Shown in pieces: positions 1 to 13,279 of a stretch of DNA of 64,000 nt. The notes below the pieces were generated by a model. It did not search any database. It was not told where the DNA came from and saw only the letters and a list, made by a program, of their open reading frames with translations. Every line of letters begins with the position of its first letter. The stretch's first letter is position 1. Both the position numbers and the translations under genes were made by a program. The stretch spans positions 3,534,001 through 3,598,000 of the forward strand of contig OX597827.1 of assembly GCA_951406725.2 (NCBI GenBank). The letters are read 5' to 3'. This DNA comes from Octopus vulgaris. Taxonomy: Eukaryota.

Positions 1-224
1 CAACCACACGGACACGCTTGTGTCTATCCTTGTTTTTCCAGAACGGAAGTCAAATTGCTATAATCTATGAATAAGAACAAATGCCAACCAAATTAATTTT
101 TCCTTAGCATAATCCGCTTTCTCCAAAAATTCCCACAGAAAAGAAATAATAAAAAAAGAAAAAGAAACGCACCTAAAGATAATGTTTGGTAATACACTAA
201 ATTGCAGATCTCAGCATAAATATA

Positions 225-640
225 TACTCTTTACTCTTTTTACTCTTTTACTTGTTTCAGTCATTTGACTGCGGCCATGCTGGAGCACCGCCTTTTAATC
301 GAGCAACTCGACCCCGGAACTTATTCTTTTTGTAAGCCTAGTACTTATTCTATCGGTCTCTTTTTGCCGAACCGCTAAGTAACGGGGACATAAACAAACC
401 AGCTTCGGTTGTCAAGCAATGCTAGGGGGACAAACACACAAACAAACACACATACATATATATATATACATATATACGACAGGCTTCTTTCAGTTTCCGT
501 CTACCAAATCCACTCACAAGGCATTGGTCAGCCCGGGGCTATAGCAGAAGACACTTGCCCAAGATGCCACGCAGTGGGACTGAACCCAGAACCATGTGGT
601 TGGTTAGCAAGCTACTTACCACACAGCCACTCCTGCGCCT
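225..640 (-). mobile_element. tRNA-derived SINE, family A (near full length)
   Basis: Minus strand starts AGGCGCAGGAGTGGCTGTGTGGTAAG (A box) ... GGGTTCAGTCCC (B box), then TTGGGCAAGTGTCTT, an internal (TA/CA) tract and an (AAAGAGT)n tail; more than 10 homologous copies in the window. Confidence 0.9.
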
Positions 641-1159
641 ATCTCAATATCTAATACTAAATATATGATTTTTCAATAACAAAATTTAAATCTAACAATA
701 GAATCAGTGAAAAAATAGGAAATAAAGACAACAAAAATGAATAAAGAGATATTATCTTATCAGTGTCTCATGAAAACAACAATAACAGCTGATGTTTTAA
801 GCAAGACACACACCTCTACTCAATCAGGGTTCAGAGACGTGTTTTTATATTTTAATAACAATATCAGAAAATTTTTAAAAAACAAGCATGAAAAAATTAT
901 TTCATGGAAGAAGTGCTATAGCATGGTCACGCTCAATTGGTTGTAATGTGTGAAAGAGGAAAAGCAAATAACCAAGAGAGTACCACCATTATATTCCAGT
1001 GAATAATTTCACTTTAAGAAATTAGTTTGGATAAGAATGAAATTTTAGCAAATAGTTTCGGTTGATCTGATTCCAGCTGTGACAGAGCATTTGCATAAAT
1101 GTCATTACATTATCAGTGCCGCTTCCACATGACGTTACCATGCTGGCAACACACACACA

Positions 1160-1181
1160 CAGACATGCATATGTGTGTGTG

Positions 1182-1225
<44 letters not shown>

Positions 1226-1672
1226 TGTATCTAAGAATCCAAGCACACAAATATACAGACACATATAAATAGATACAGAATGATATACACATGTGCCTAC
1301 ATAGACACACAATTGTATAGACATACATAATATATTTATATACACAGGCAAACACACACACACATATATATATGTATATCTTTGCATGTGATATATATAT
1401 GTACATATGTATATTCATATATACATACATATATATATACACACACACACATGTACATACATATATTTACATGTGTGTGCATATGTGCATATGAATATTA
1501 TATATTTGCAAAAACATACATGTCTATGCATCACAAGACAAAAGTCAACAAATAACATACAATTTATATATACTTTATATAAAATTATACATATATATAT
1601 ACACACACACACACACATATGTATAATATATATATATCATATACATATATACATATGTATATAAATATATAT

Positions 1673-1709
<37 letters not shown>

Positions 1710-1715
1710 GTGTAT
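1160..1715. repeat. compound (CA)n/(TA)n microsatellite region
   Basis: Directly visible dinucleotide tracts. Confidence 0.9.
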
Positions 1716-2100
1716 AGGTGCAGGCATGGCTGTGTGATAAGAAGTTTGCTTCCCAACCACATGCATTGGGGTTCAGTTCATTTGCATGCTACCTTTGGCA
1801 AGTGTCTTCTTCTATAGCCTCAGGCCAACAAAAGCCTTGTGAGTGGATTGAGTAGAAAAACTGAAACAAGCCTGTCATATATATATATGTGTGTGTGTGT
1901 TTGTCCTCTAAATATCACTTGTCCACTGATGTTGGTGCATTTACATCTCCCATAACTTAGCAGTTCAGCAAAACTGACTGATAGAGTAAGCACTGGGCTT
2001 ACAACGAATAAGTCCTGGGGTCAATTTCTTTGAATAAAAACCCCTTCAAAGTGGTGCACCAGTATGGCTACAGTCAAATGACTGAAATAAGAAAAAGAAT
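1716..2100 (+). mobile_element. SINE family A, older copy
   Basis: AGGTGCAGGCATGGCTGTGTGATAAG head, TTGGCAAGTGTCTTC core, CAGTCAAATGACTGAAATAAG end; reverse-complement homolog of 225-640. Confidence 0.85.
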
Positions 2101-2459
2101 ACATGCATATATATATATATATATACATTTATATATATATATATATATATATATACATTTATATATATATACACATACACATATATATACACATATGTGT
2201 ATGCCTATGTATATATACACACATATATGTGTGCCTATGTATATATATATATACACATATATCTTGTGGAGGCATATGTGCCTATATGGATATTTGTATG
2301 AACATGGAATTTGATGAGGAGGATGTTGATAATAATCATCTCATTGATCACCATACTAAAAAGTCAAAAACATTTCTTGAAATGATATTACTTTTTAAAA
2401 CTATTATTAAATGCATAATTTATACACACACATAATCAGATACATATATGAGCACAATT

Positions 2460-2698
2460 ATATATGTGTGTGTGTGTGTGCATATGTGTGTGTGAATATA
2501 TAAATATATTTGTGAATATATATATATATATAAATATATATATATTTGTGAATATATATAAATATATATATATATATATTCATATATATTCACAAATATA
2601 TATATATGTGAATATATATATATATATATATATTCATATATATTCACAAATATATATATATGTGATATATATATATATATATATATTCATATATATTC

Positions 2699-2738
<40 letters not shown>

Positions 2739-3154
2739 AATATATAAATATATATATATGTGAGTATATATATATATATGTGTGAATATATATATATGTG
2801 TGTGTGTGTGTATATATATATGTATATATGTATATATATACATATATATATATATTTGTGAATATATAAATATATACATGTGTGAGTGTGAATACATATA
2901 TATATATATGTATATATATACATATATATATATATTTGTGAATATATAAATATATACATGTGTGAGTGTGAATACATATATATATATATATATATATAGT
3001 TGTGAATATATAAATATATATATACATGCGAATGTATATATACTATATATATATATGTGTGTGTGTGTATATATATATATATATTTGAATATACATATAT
3101 GTATGTGAATATACATATATGTATGTGAATTTACATATATGTATGTGAATATAC

Positions 3155-3192
<38 letters not shown>

Positions 3193-3321
3193 ATATATAT
3201 ACATATATATATATATTTGTGAATATATAAATATATACATGTGTGAGTGTGAATACATATATATATATAGTTGTGAATATATAAATATATATATACATGC
3301 GAATGTATATATACTTATATA

Positions 3322-3352
<31 letters not shown>

Positions 3353-3396
3353 TTGAATATACATATATGTATGTGAATATACATATATGTATGTGA

Positions 3397-3460
<64 letters not shown>

Positions 3461-3510
3461 ATACATGTATATATGTGAATATATATATGTGTGAATATAC
3501 ATATATATGT
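2460..3510. repeat. (TA)n-based minisatellite with GTGAATA punctuation
   Basis: Recurrent TGTGAATA(TA)n and CATGTGTGAGTGTGAATAC units. Confidence 0.85.
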
Positions 3511-4353
3511 AAAACAAAGTTTGCAAACATTTGTCACAGAACAGAGTAAACCAATAATCCATTCAGTTTCAGAGTGCGAAGTACAAGTGAGAAACATCCA
3601 AGAATTGGAGGGTGTGCCAGTCCACTGCCACTCCTGGGGGTCCTGGATGCTTAATGGTTTAGTGACCTCTCCACTCAGACTCGCTTGTCTCAATAGGCAC
3701 TCATCTTTTCATACTGAGAGAGTGTATGAGAATGTATGCGTAAGCGTGTGTGGTGGGGTGAAGATGCATGAGGGGCATGTGTATGAGTGTGTAAGTGTTT
3801 GTGTGAATATCTGTGGCTCCCAGACCACACACTAACCAATTTTCCATAATACTTTCTACCCTGGTCATCAGAATTCTTTGCTTTCTGTATTGTCCCTGCA
3901 GCCATCAATTTGAGCAGTGGGACATGAAAAAAAAAAGAGTTGATGTCACTGATCATAGAGGGTCTGTTAAAGCAATGGCTACAGCTCCTTCCAAAACAAA
4001 CCAATATGGTTCTATATAGAACGGTAAAACAAAGGTAGGATAGTCACCACTGAAATGTCTATTAGCAGATATTTGTTCATTTAGTTCTGACCTGGGGCTA
4101 AACACCAAGTATGTGAATAGTGGCAATCAAGAATAAAACGTTCTGATCAAGAACACAAGTCAAATACCTACAAAAGATTGAACTAATAACCTGTTGATTG
4201 ATAGTTTATACTAACTTCTCGACTTGGCCATCTGGATTTCCTAAAATGAGAGAATGTTCAGGTAGGAAAGGATACCAAATTCTGAGAAACAACTTGCAGT
4301 GTGTTTACCACACTGAACAGATCACTGTTTTCTCCCCATTCTTCCTACACATA

Positions 4354-4404
<51 letters not shown>

Positions 4405-4419
4405 CCTTGTATCTTTCTT

Positions 4420-4810
4420 CTTTTACTTGCTTCATTTACTGGAGTGAAGCCATGCTGGAGCAGTACCTTGAAGGGTTTAGTCAAACAAATGGACCACAGG
4501 ACATATTTTAGAGACTGGCACTTATTCTGTCAGTCTCTTTTTTAGTGATCATCAAAGTAAATAAACCAACATTGGTTGTCAAGCTTATGGAGGTAGGGTG
4601 CAAACAACACACACACATATATTTATATACATACACACACACAGCTATATACATCAGACTTCCACACAGTTTTGGTCAACAAAATTCACTCACAAAGTAT
4701 TGGTCAGACTAGAGCTATAGAAGTCATTTGCACAAGGCACCACACAATGGGACTGAACCTGAAACCATGTGTGTTGGAACCAATTTTCTTAACCACACAA
4801 TTATGCTTGA
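4420..4810 (-). mobile_element. SINE family A, diverged copy
   Basis: TTTTACTTG...GCCATGCTGGAGCA...TGGGACTGAACC...AACCACACA homology. Confidence 0.75.
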
Positions 4811-4851
<41 letters not shown>

Positions 4852-5872
4852 TACAGAGAGAGAGAGAGAGAGAGCCATCTTACCCAATAACTTATTAGCC
4901 AATCCTTTTTTTTTTTAAGTTAAAGCCTACACCATGTTTGTCCAGCAGATGCAAAATCACAGATAGAGTGAACTCTCAATCTCATGAGGCTGGGAGAACC
5001 TACAAAAGTCATGCTCACTGCATATCTCTACTGATTAAATTATGAGATTAAACTATGAAATTATGTTTGTGTGTGAGTGTAAAAAATACACACATACATT
5101 TACACACACAAATATAAATAGAAGAGAGTGACAGAGAAACAGAAATATATACAGGTGTATATATATGTGTGTGTGTGTGTGTATACACAGAAAGGAAAGA
5201 AATATGTATGAGTATGCATATTTATATAAATTGATATACACATACATAGATACATACATACACACACATACACACAAACACACACACAACGATATCTAAC
5301 CCATGCCAGCACAGAATAAAATGGAACTTTAAATTATTATAATGATGATGATGATACATATGTATTGAAGTTTGTAGCTATCAATACAGATATAAATCCC
5401 CCTGTGTAAGTATGTATGAAATATACTCAGGTGTACTCTCTGCAGTTTATCAGAGACATACAAACAACACAGAAACATTAATGCATGATAGAAAAAGCAA
5501 CCAGCAAAAGGAAGGAAGAAAAAGGTGAGAAAAAGGAAGAAAGAATCATTTTTTTCATAAAATGTCAAAAATTACAGTTTAAGCAAGCAACTGTATGAAC
5601 AGGGTTAATAGATGCTGATATGTGAGTTTGTTGCTTACAGAAAGGATAGCAAAACAGCAACAAAAACTAAACATGTATGTGCTACTGTAGATCTGTCCAA
5701 CCCATGCCACACTGGACAGACCTACTTTTTCTTTTAGTAAGAACCAGAGTGATGATGACATCTCAGTTTAAATATTCTGGTGTCATTAAATATATATAAA
5801 AAGAAGAAAAAGAAACGCACCTAAAGATAATGTTTGGTAATACACTAAATTGCAGATCTCAACATAAATATA

Positions 5873-6296
5873 TACTCTTTACTCTTTTTACTCTTTACTT
5901 GTTTCAGTCATTTGACTGCGGCCATGCTGGAGCACCACCTTTAATCGAGCAACTCGACCCCGGGACTTATTCTTTTGTAAGCCCAGTACTTATTCTATCG
6001 GTCTCATTTGCCAAACCGCTAATGAAACGGGGGACCTAAACACACCAGCATCAGTTGTCAAGTAATGCTAGGGGGACAAACACAGACACAAACACACACA
6101 CGCACATATATATATATATATATACATATATACGACAGGCTTCTTTCAGTTTCCGTCTACCAAATCCACTCACAAGGCTTTGGTCGGCCTGAGGCTATAG
6201 TAGAAGACACTTGCCCAAGGTGCCACGCAGTGGGACTGAACCCGGAACCATGTGGTTGGTAAACAAGCTACTTACCACACAGCCACTCCTGCACCT
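5873..6296 (-). mobile_element. SINE family A (near full length)
   Basis: Highly similar to 225-640; head flanked by (TA)n. Confidence 0.9.
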
Positions 6297-6345
6297 ATAT
6301 ATATATATATATATATATATTCTTTTTTTGTCTTACCATTTTTAT

Positions 6346-6381
<36 letters not shown>

Positions 6382-6431
6382 TTTTTTTGTCTTACCATTT
6401 TTATCAATATATATATATATATATATATATA

Positions 6432-6614
6432 TGAGGGGGTACAGAAAAGTTCCTGGCGTTGGAAAAAAGAAATACAAGAGGATCAGTTAATTACCAGATT
6501 CACACACTGATTGCAGTGGTTCTTCAGTTTTTCTAAGCCCTGTAAAGGAACTTGGAAGGTTGGACCTCCAACTTCATGCTACCCTCAAAGCCAGGAAATT
6601 TTCAGCGTCCCTCG
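6432..6614. mobile_element. mariner-type MITE
   Basis: Imperfect TIRs TGAGGGGGTACAGAAAAGTTCCTGGC / GCCAGGAAATTTTCAGCGTCCCTCG; TA on both sides. Confidence 0.75.
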
Positions 6615-6629
6615 TATATCATCTATTAT

Positions 6630-6975
6630 CTTTTACCTATTTCATTCACTGGGCCACAGTCATACCAAGGCACTGCCTTGAAGGGTTTAGTTGAACACAT
6701 CAACCCCTGCACATACTTTTTTAAGCCTGGTATTTACTCTATCAGCCAAACTGATAAGTTATGGGATGTAAACAAATTAACACTGATTGTCAAATGATAG
6801 TAGAAGGAGCAAACGTAGACACACACACACACACAATGATGGGCTTCTTTCAGTTTCCATCTACCAAATTCACTCACAAGGCTTTGGTCAGCTTGAGACT
6901 ATATTAGAGAACAAGGTTTCATGCAGTGGGACTGAACCCAGAACCATGTATTTGGAAAGCAAACTTCTTGCCACA
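6630..6975 (-). mobile_element. SINE family A, diverged copy
   Basis: GGGCTTCTTTCAGTTTCCATCTACCAAATTCACTCACAAGG and CAGTGGGACTGAACCC blocks. Confidence 0.75.
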
Positions 6976-6976
6976 G

Positions 6977-7013
<37 letters not shown>

Positions 7014-7913
7014 AATATGTACATAAATCAAAATTTCTGTTGATAGAATGTTTACAGCAAATGAAATCTTGCTTAAGCACAGAGAAAGTTACATTTCTTA
7101 GCATTAATATCAATCTTATTTGTTTGTTTATGATTTTGTTCAACCCAGGTCCCCTAATAGGACAGATCTACAAGATTTATTAAGCCAAAATCATAACTAT
7201 CTTTCTTTCCAGAAACAGTATATCCATCAACGTGTACTTCATTTTTAAGAAAATTTTTTAAAAAATACAAGAACCCAGTATTGGAAGTAAATTTAACCAT
7301 TATTTCTAGCGGGTCAAACACTCTTCCATCAGCTCCCTTTCAATGTATTTATGTACTTATTTTTTCTTTTCACAAATGTAACATTTATAACTTTGCAAGA
7401 TACCACTAAGGAAATTAATCTATCTATAATTTAGGAGAAAAATCTATAATTCCTCTAAAATTAGCTCGTTACAAAATACCATGCTGCTTTATTTGTGTTT
7501 ACTTCTGCAGAAGCCTATATATATTAGTTCTGCCCTGATACATTCTGAGTTCAAATCCCAGCATGGTGAAGTCGTAAAGTTTTTACCTGTCTTTTATTTT
7601 ATAGTCAGTAATTAGCAATCATGTCTGAGGGTGAATTGGAGGAGAGAATTACAGTGAATAGTTTTTTTTTTTTTTTATCCAATACATAAATACACAGATA
7701 TGTACATACATGTGTGTGCATGTATGCTTAAATATATACTACACAAATGCATATACATGAATATATAAACATATATGTACGTACACACACACATATATAC
7801 ACACACATATACATCACACATTTACATATATATATACACACACATATTATACATTATATATATGTATATATAAGTGTGTATATATATGTATATTTATAAA
7901 TGTATAATGTGTG

Positions 7914-7947
<34 letters not shown>

Positions 7948-7966
7948 CACACACACATTATACATT

Positions 7967-8018
<52 letters not shown>

Positions 8019-9090
8019 TATATGTAGACATATATATATGAATTTATACATACAGTTATATACATATATAGATACGCACATATTCAAGCTAAAGAAATAT
8101 TGTAAAACTATGAAGCTTATCTCAAACAAATGATTTTTTTCCCACTATTTACAACTTGATGCTAGTATAAAAGACTTAATTAGACTTGTTCTCCACCTAA
8201 TGTAACAAGTGTGTGTGTGTGTGTGTGAGATGCAAGTACACCTATTTGAGTTCTCAATGTGAATGTGTGTGAGTGTGTATGTGTATGAGTGCATATGCAC
8301 ACACACCTGAGTGCATGTATATATGTTATTTAGCTCATATGTATGTGTATAAATACATGTGTAATTCTTTACATGTTTATCATATGGCAGCATGCACAAA
8401 TACATGTAGACTTTGAAAAAAGAAACAAAATACACATCAAGTTTACATCAGCTACATGTGTAGAGTATACATGTGCACAGTGTATGTGTGTGTATGCATG
8501 TGTGTATCATCAACAGCCAATTAAAATAGAGGAGATTAGAAAAACTTTTGGTTAAACGAGCAAAATTAATATGCACAATATAATATAATCTGCAAAGTTG
8601 TAATAATATGTATGATAAAAATTTATAAACCAAGGAAAAGTTACAAACATACATTTTGCCAAAATATTTTTTCTTCAGTTTTTCATTCATCATGTCTAAC
8701 TCTTGAATTTTTTTCAAATTTTTTTATCATTTTAATTATTATTGTTGACTTTTTCTTTTTCAAATGTTAAACTATTTACTTACATTTGTAAAAATCTTTT
8801 CCATTGTGATAGATAGAGATTCTATAATTTTTATATATCCTGCTCTTAGACTTGTATTGTTTTGTTGGTATATTGCTGTTGTTGAGAGAGTAAGCCGTGC
8901 TGACAATGTTTTCTGTGGATAGGTCTACGTTCTATATGGATATGAGCGATAGAGAGAAGAGAAATAGTTTTCTGAAAATCCTATCAAGGAGAGTGTGATT
9001 GTGTGTCTGTGTGTATGTAGATGTCTGCTACAGCCAATGACAGATTGGTTGAGGTTCCCATGGATAAACACACAGATACACACGCACGCA

Positions 9091-9125
<35 letters not shown>

Positions 9126-9539
9126 ACACACACAATAAATAAATAAGCATCTCAATAAAAATAAATATACATAAATATTTATATAAGTGCATACATAAAT
9201 ATACATAATCATATACTTTTAAATATATATGTACATATGCAATCATATATATATATACATATTTACACACACATATATTTTATATGCATATATATATCTA
9301 TATCCATATATTTATGTATAGGTATATATTTATTTTCAAATATATGTAAGTACATATAAACTTATCTATATATTTACATATCGATATACACAGTCACATA
9401 CATATGTATATACCCACATGGAAAAACACACATATACTGGGATAGGTATGTGTGTCTGAATATATACATATGTGCATATGAGTCTGTGTGTATGTATGTA
9501 TATATATATATATATATATACACATGCACACACACACAC

Positions 9540-9576
<37 letters not shown>

Positions 9577-9819
9577 ATATTTATATATAGAGAGAGAGAT
9601 AATATATGACTGGAAAAAAAATTGAGGAGAGAGGGGGCAAAAAAAAATTAGGAGGGAGGAAGAAAATAGCAGAAGGGGAATAAATGTAAGAAAAAATACT
9701 GCTGGTGACTTTCAACACACAAGTAGATTTAATAAAGGGATGAGTCACTTATAATTCTACAAATGTAGAAAAATATTTTGGTATGTATATTATATAGTTA
9801 AATATATACATCCTCATAT

Positions 9820-9927
9820 TTATGTATGTATACACACATTTATGTATACATATATAAACATCATACTTACATATATATGCATATGCATAAGTATAAACAT
9901 ATGTAATTTATACACCAGCATACATAT

Positions 9928-9967
<40 letters not shown>

Positions 9968-10140
9968 TATATATATATATATATATATTCATACACATAT
10001 ATATACACATACATATATATATATACACATACATATACACATACATATATATATATACACATACATATATATATATACACATATATATATATATATACAA
10101 ACACATATATATACACATACACATATATATATATATACAC

Positions 10141-10171
<31 letters not shown>

Positions 10172-10324
10172 CATATATATATATACAAACACATATACGT
10201 GTATATACATATATATAAACACACATATATATAGACATATATATAAACACACATATATATACATAAATATATGTATATACACATATATATATATACACAT
10301 ACACATCCCCATATATACACACCC

Positions 10325-10355
<31 letters not shown>

Positions 10356-10500
10356 TACATATATATATATACACACACATATATACATACACATATACAT
10401 GCATACATTTATGTATATACGCATATATATATATACATACATATATGTATATACACATATGTATGTATGTATGTATGAATGCATATATGTATGTATGCAT
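9820..10500. repeat. long (TA/CA)n compound microsatellite
   Basis: Directly visible; source of the spurious 226-aa and 185-aa ORFs. Confidence 0.9.
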
Positions 10501-10509
10501 GTAGGTAAA

Positions 10510-11030
10510 ACATATACAATGGCAATTTCTTTCTGTCAGAAGATTATGAGGAAGAGCAGCATGTCCTCAATTGGCTATGTAAGCCAATCCTTGACACAGC
10601 AAGGCCTCTCTTCATGTCTGTGCTTAGTAGTTTTAAAGTGAAAGTCAGTCCATGCAATCCCATGCCACTCAATAGACTCGAAGGTCTGGACCCAGTGGCT
10701 CGGTGTGATGAGCAAGCTGAAGATTTTACATTGGAGTGGCCCTCTCCTGGGTGAATTGCTCTTATAGGGCTGGAGAGCTTCATCTACTCTGGAGTTACCA
10801 GAAGAGCTCCGATGAGGGCATTGGACTGCCTGAGGGACTTCCTTTCTTATTGTGCTGTTGAAGTCGACTCACTTAGCCTTTTTCTATCCCAAAGCATTCT
10901 AGCAGTGGGAACCTGGTTTGGAAATTCCAGGATTTTGTTGAGCATGGAACCACATCTTAGTTACTATTGTTTCCAAAGTAGTAACACCTTCCAGGATTCC
11001 AGCTATGGGTAACTAGAATGTTATGGAAGA
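10510..11030 (-). mobile_element. probable non-LTR (RTE-like) 5' UTR remnant
   Basis: GC-richer island; GGCCCTCTCCTGGGTGAATTGCTCTTATAGGGCTGGAGAGCTTCATCT resembles reversed RTE 5' UTR motifs (recalled similarity only). Confidence 0.35.
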
Positions 11031-11820
11031 AACTCTAAACATAAACCCTAACTTCTGGAACATATATATGCATAACACACACATGCACATACATATACAT
11101 ACATGTGTACATATGTGAATGTGTGTACACAAATAAATATATACATTTATACATATACATTGCTTTGTCATGGGCCCTCAAACCCTTAATAGTGTAATAG
11201 GGATAACGATGGATAAACAATGTGCTTTGAGAATTTTCTGATCTGGTGAAACTCACCCCTCCCAAGTCTGATCACAGCCAATTTCTTTGAAGCAAAGAGA
11301 GGAATAAAAGTTAGAGACACAGAAAAATTAAACCAAGCACTAGTGTAGGTGTGATAACTTATCTATAAACACCAAAAACAAGCAAAGAAAAACTTACCCC
11401 AGTGTGATTTAAATACAGTGGGGAGAGAACAGTGCAATCTTTCTAACACAATTCTGACAATCAGATGCCCACATAGACACACACACACACACATACATCA
11501 CCATCTAATATCATTTTCCAAGGTCATAAGGCTTGAACAATACAAAAATACCCAATGAGTCAGAAAACAGTGCCTAGACCCACTTACAAATACACATGAA
11601 AAAAGAACTCTACTTGTTACAGACTGTGATTCAAGTTGATGAGGGTCATCACTACGGGTGTGGTTGCTAGTATAATTCATTACCCCTTGCACAGGCCCAC
11701 TGAGTGCGTTTGGTTCTAGTGAATTGCTTTCTGACCCTGATGTGGGTACATCAGGTATGCCAGGAGAAAATTTGTCCCAGCATATATGAATACTTTCATA
11801 TCAAGAACCCATAGATGTGG

Positions 11821-11888
<68 letters not shown>

Positions 11889-11907
11889 GCATACATACAT
11901 ATAGGTA

Positions 11908-12190
11908 TGTGAAGGCAAATGGCTTAGTGGTTAGGGTGTTAATCTCATTATCAAGCAATCGTGATTTCAGTTTCTAGACCAGGTGGTACGTTGTGTTCTT
12001 GAACAAAACACTTCATCTCATGTTTCTCTGTGCTCACTTTGACACCTGACATGTGGTACAATGTGCACCTGTTCAGGCAACATTGATTTGATGGAGGGAG
12101 CAAGCTAATGTGCAGCATGACCAAATCATTTGTGCAGGTCATTCGGCAAAAGCAGAACACTCATACATCATCTTCAATGGGAGAATTGAC
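11908..12190 (+). mobile_element. tRNA-derived SINE (family D-like, old)
   Basis: GTGAAGGCAAATGGCTTAGTGGTTAGGG head and CORE-like GTTGTGTTCTTGAACAAAACACTTCAT; head related to 27362-27666. Confidence 0.65.
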
Positions 12191-12217
12191 TATTTACACA
12201 CACACACACATAAATAT

Positions 12218-12250
<33 letters not shown>

Positions 12251-12466
12251 CCGGAGTAAACACATAAATGTGAAACAAGGTGGAAAAAAGAGTACTCAAA
12301 TACCAGTGGTAGAGTAATATGCTTTATTTAAAGCAGCAGAAAATTCAACAAAACCTGTTACTCTAAGTTTCCCGTTGCCGTTCATCGGACATTCTAGCAA
12401 AAACTGTCTGATGAACGGCAACGGAAACTCAGAGTAACAGGTTCTGTTGAATTTTCTGCTGGTTTA

Positions 12467-12471
<5 letters not shown>
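12251..12471. mobile_element. Penelope-like pseudo-LTR fragment with fold-back end
   Basis: Inverted arms 12324-12391 and 12405-12471 around a 13-nt loop; contains a hammerhead motif; embedded in (TA)n. Confidence 0.7.
12404..12440 (+). ncRNA. minimal type-I hammerhead ribozyme motif
   Basis: Stem I CTGT/ACAG, core CTGATGA (12408-12414), stem II (A)CG-GCAA-CG, GAAA, near-palindromic stem III ACTC-A-GAGT, GTA cleavage triplet at 12434-12436. Confidence 0.75.
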
Positions 12472-12510
<39 letters not shown>

Positions 12511-12519
12511 GTATATATA

Positions 12520-13235
12520 TTGAATAAGATATAATTTAAAGGTAACGTAACCATCTAAGGGATAGATGTATCCATAGGCACTCCAGGTATTACCTCAGGT
12601 AGTAGGTAAGTTAAAATGTAAAACCGTGGTTTAATATATATAAAGATGATAAGAAATGTAGCAATAATAACAGTGAGAAGTGGATCGTTGGTGTTATAAA
12701 GTCATTATTTAATTAAGATGTGTGTATGTTTACAGCTGTTTCAGTATATGAAGCTGGGGTAAATTTGCATTTACCTCGTTGCAATTGACAGACATCATCA
12801 GAACGATTATATGGCGAAGATAAAATAGAAGTAAATAGATAGAAAAAGTGAGGAAGAGAAATTAGTTAGTTTTGTAATTCCACTTGAAACTAACTAATTA
12901 TAAGACCATGGATTTAACTAACTCTCTTCTCTTCTATCCTCCAGCTGATATATTGAATTATGGACCTCACTAAAATGTAAAGACTATTGAATTAATGAAC
13001 TTTTTTTTCCTTTTTTCCTTTCTCTTCCTCACTTTTTCTTTTATTTACTTCTATTTATCTTCACCATATAATCGTTCCGATGATGTCTGTCAATTGCAAC
13101 GAGGTAAATGCAAGTTTACCCCACCTTCATATACTGAAACAGCTGTAAACATACTCTCATCTTAATTAAATAATGACTTTATAACACCAACGATCCACTT
13201 CTCACTGTTATTTATTGCTACATTTCTTATCGTCT
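12520..13235. mobile_element. second Penelope-like pseudo-LTR with ~218-bp inverted arms
   Basis: Arms 12644-12861 and 13019-13235, highly similar; each carries C(T/C)GATGA...GAAACAGCTGTA. Confidence 0.7.
12728..12804 (-). ncRNA. hammerhead ribozyme motif with long stem II (mirror copy at 13074-13150 +)
   Basis: Minus strand reads GTT-CTGATGA...GAAAC-AGCT-GTA-AAC; palindromic ACAGCTGT stem III; stem I GTT/AAC. Confidence 0.6.
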
Positions 13236-13277
<42 letters not shown>

Positions 13278-13279
<2 letters not shown>

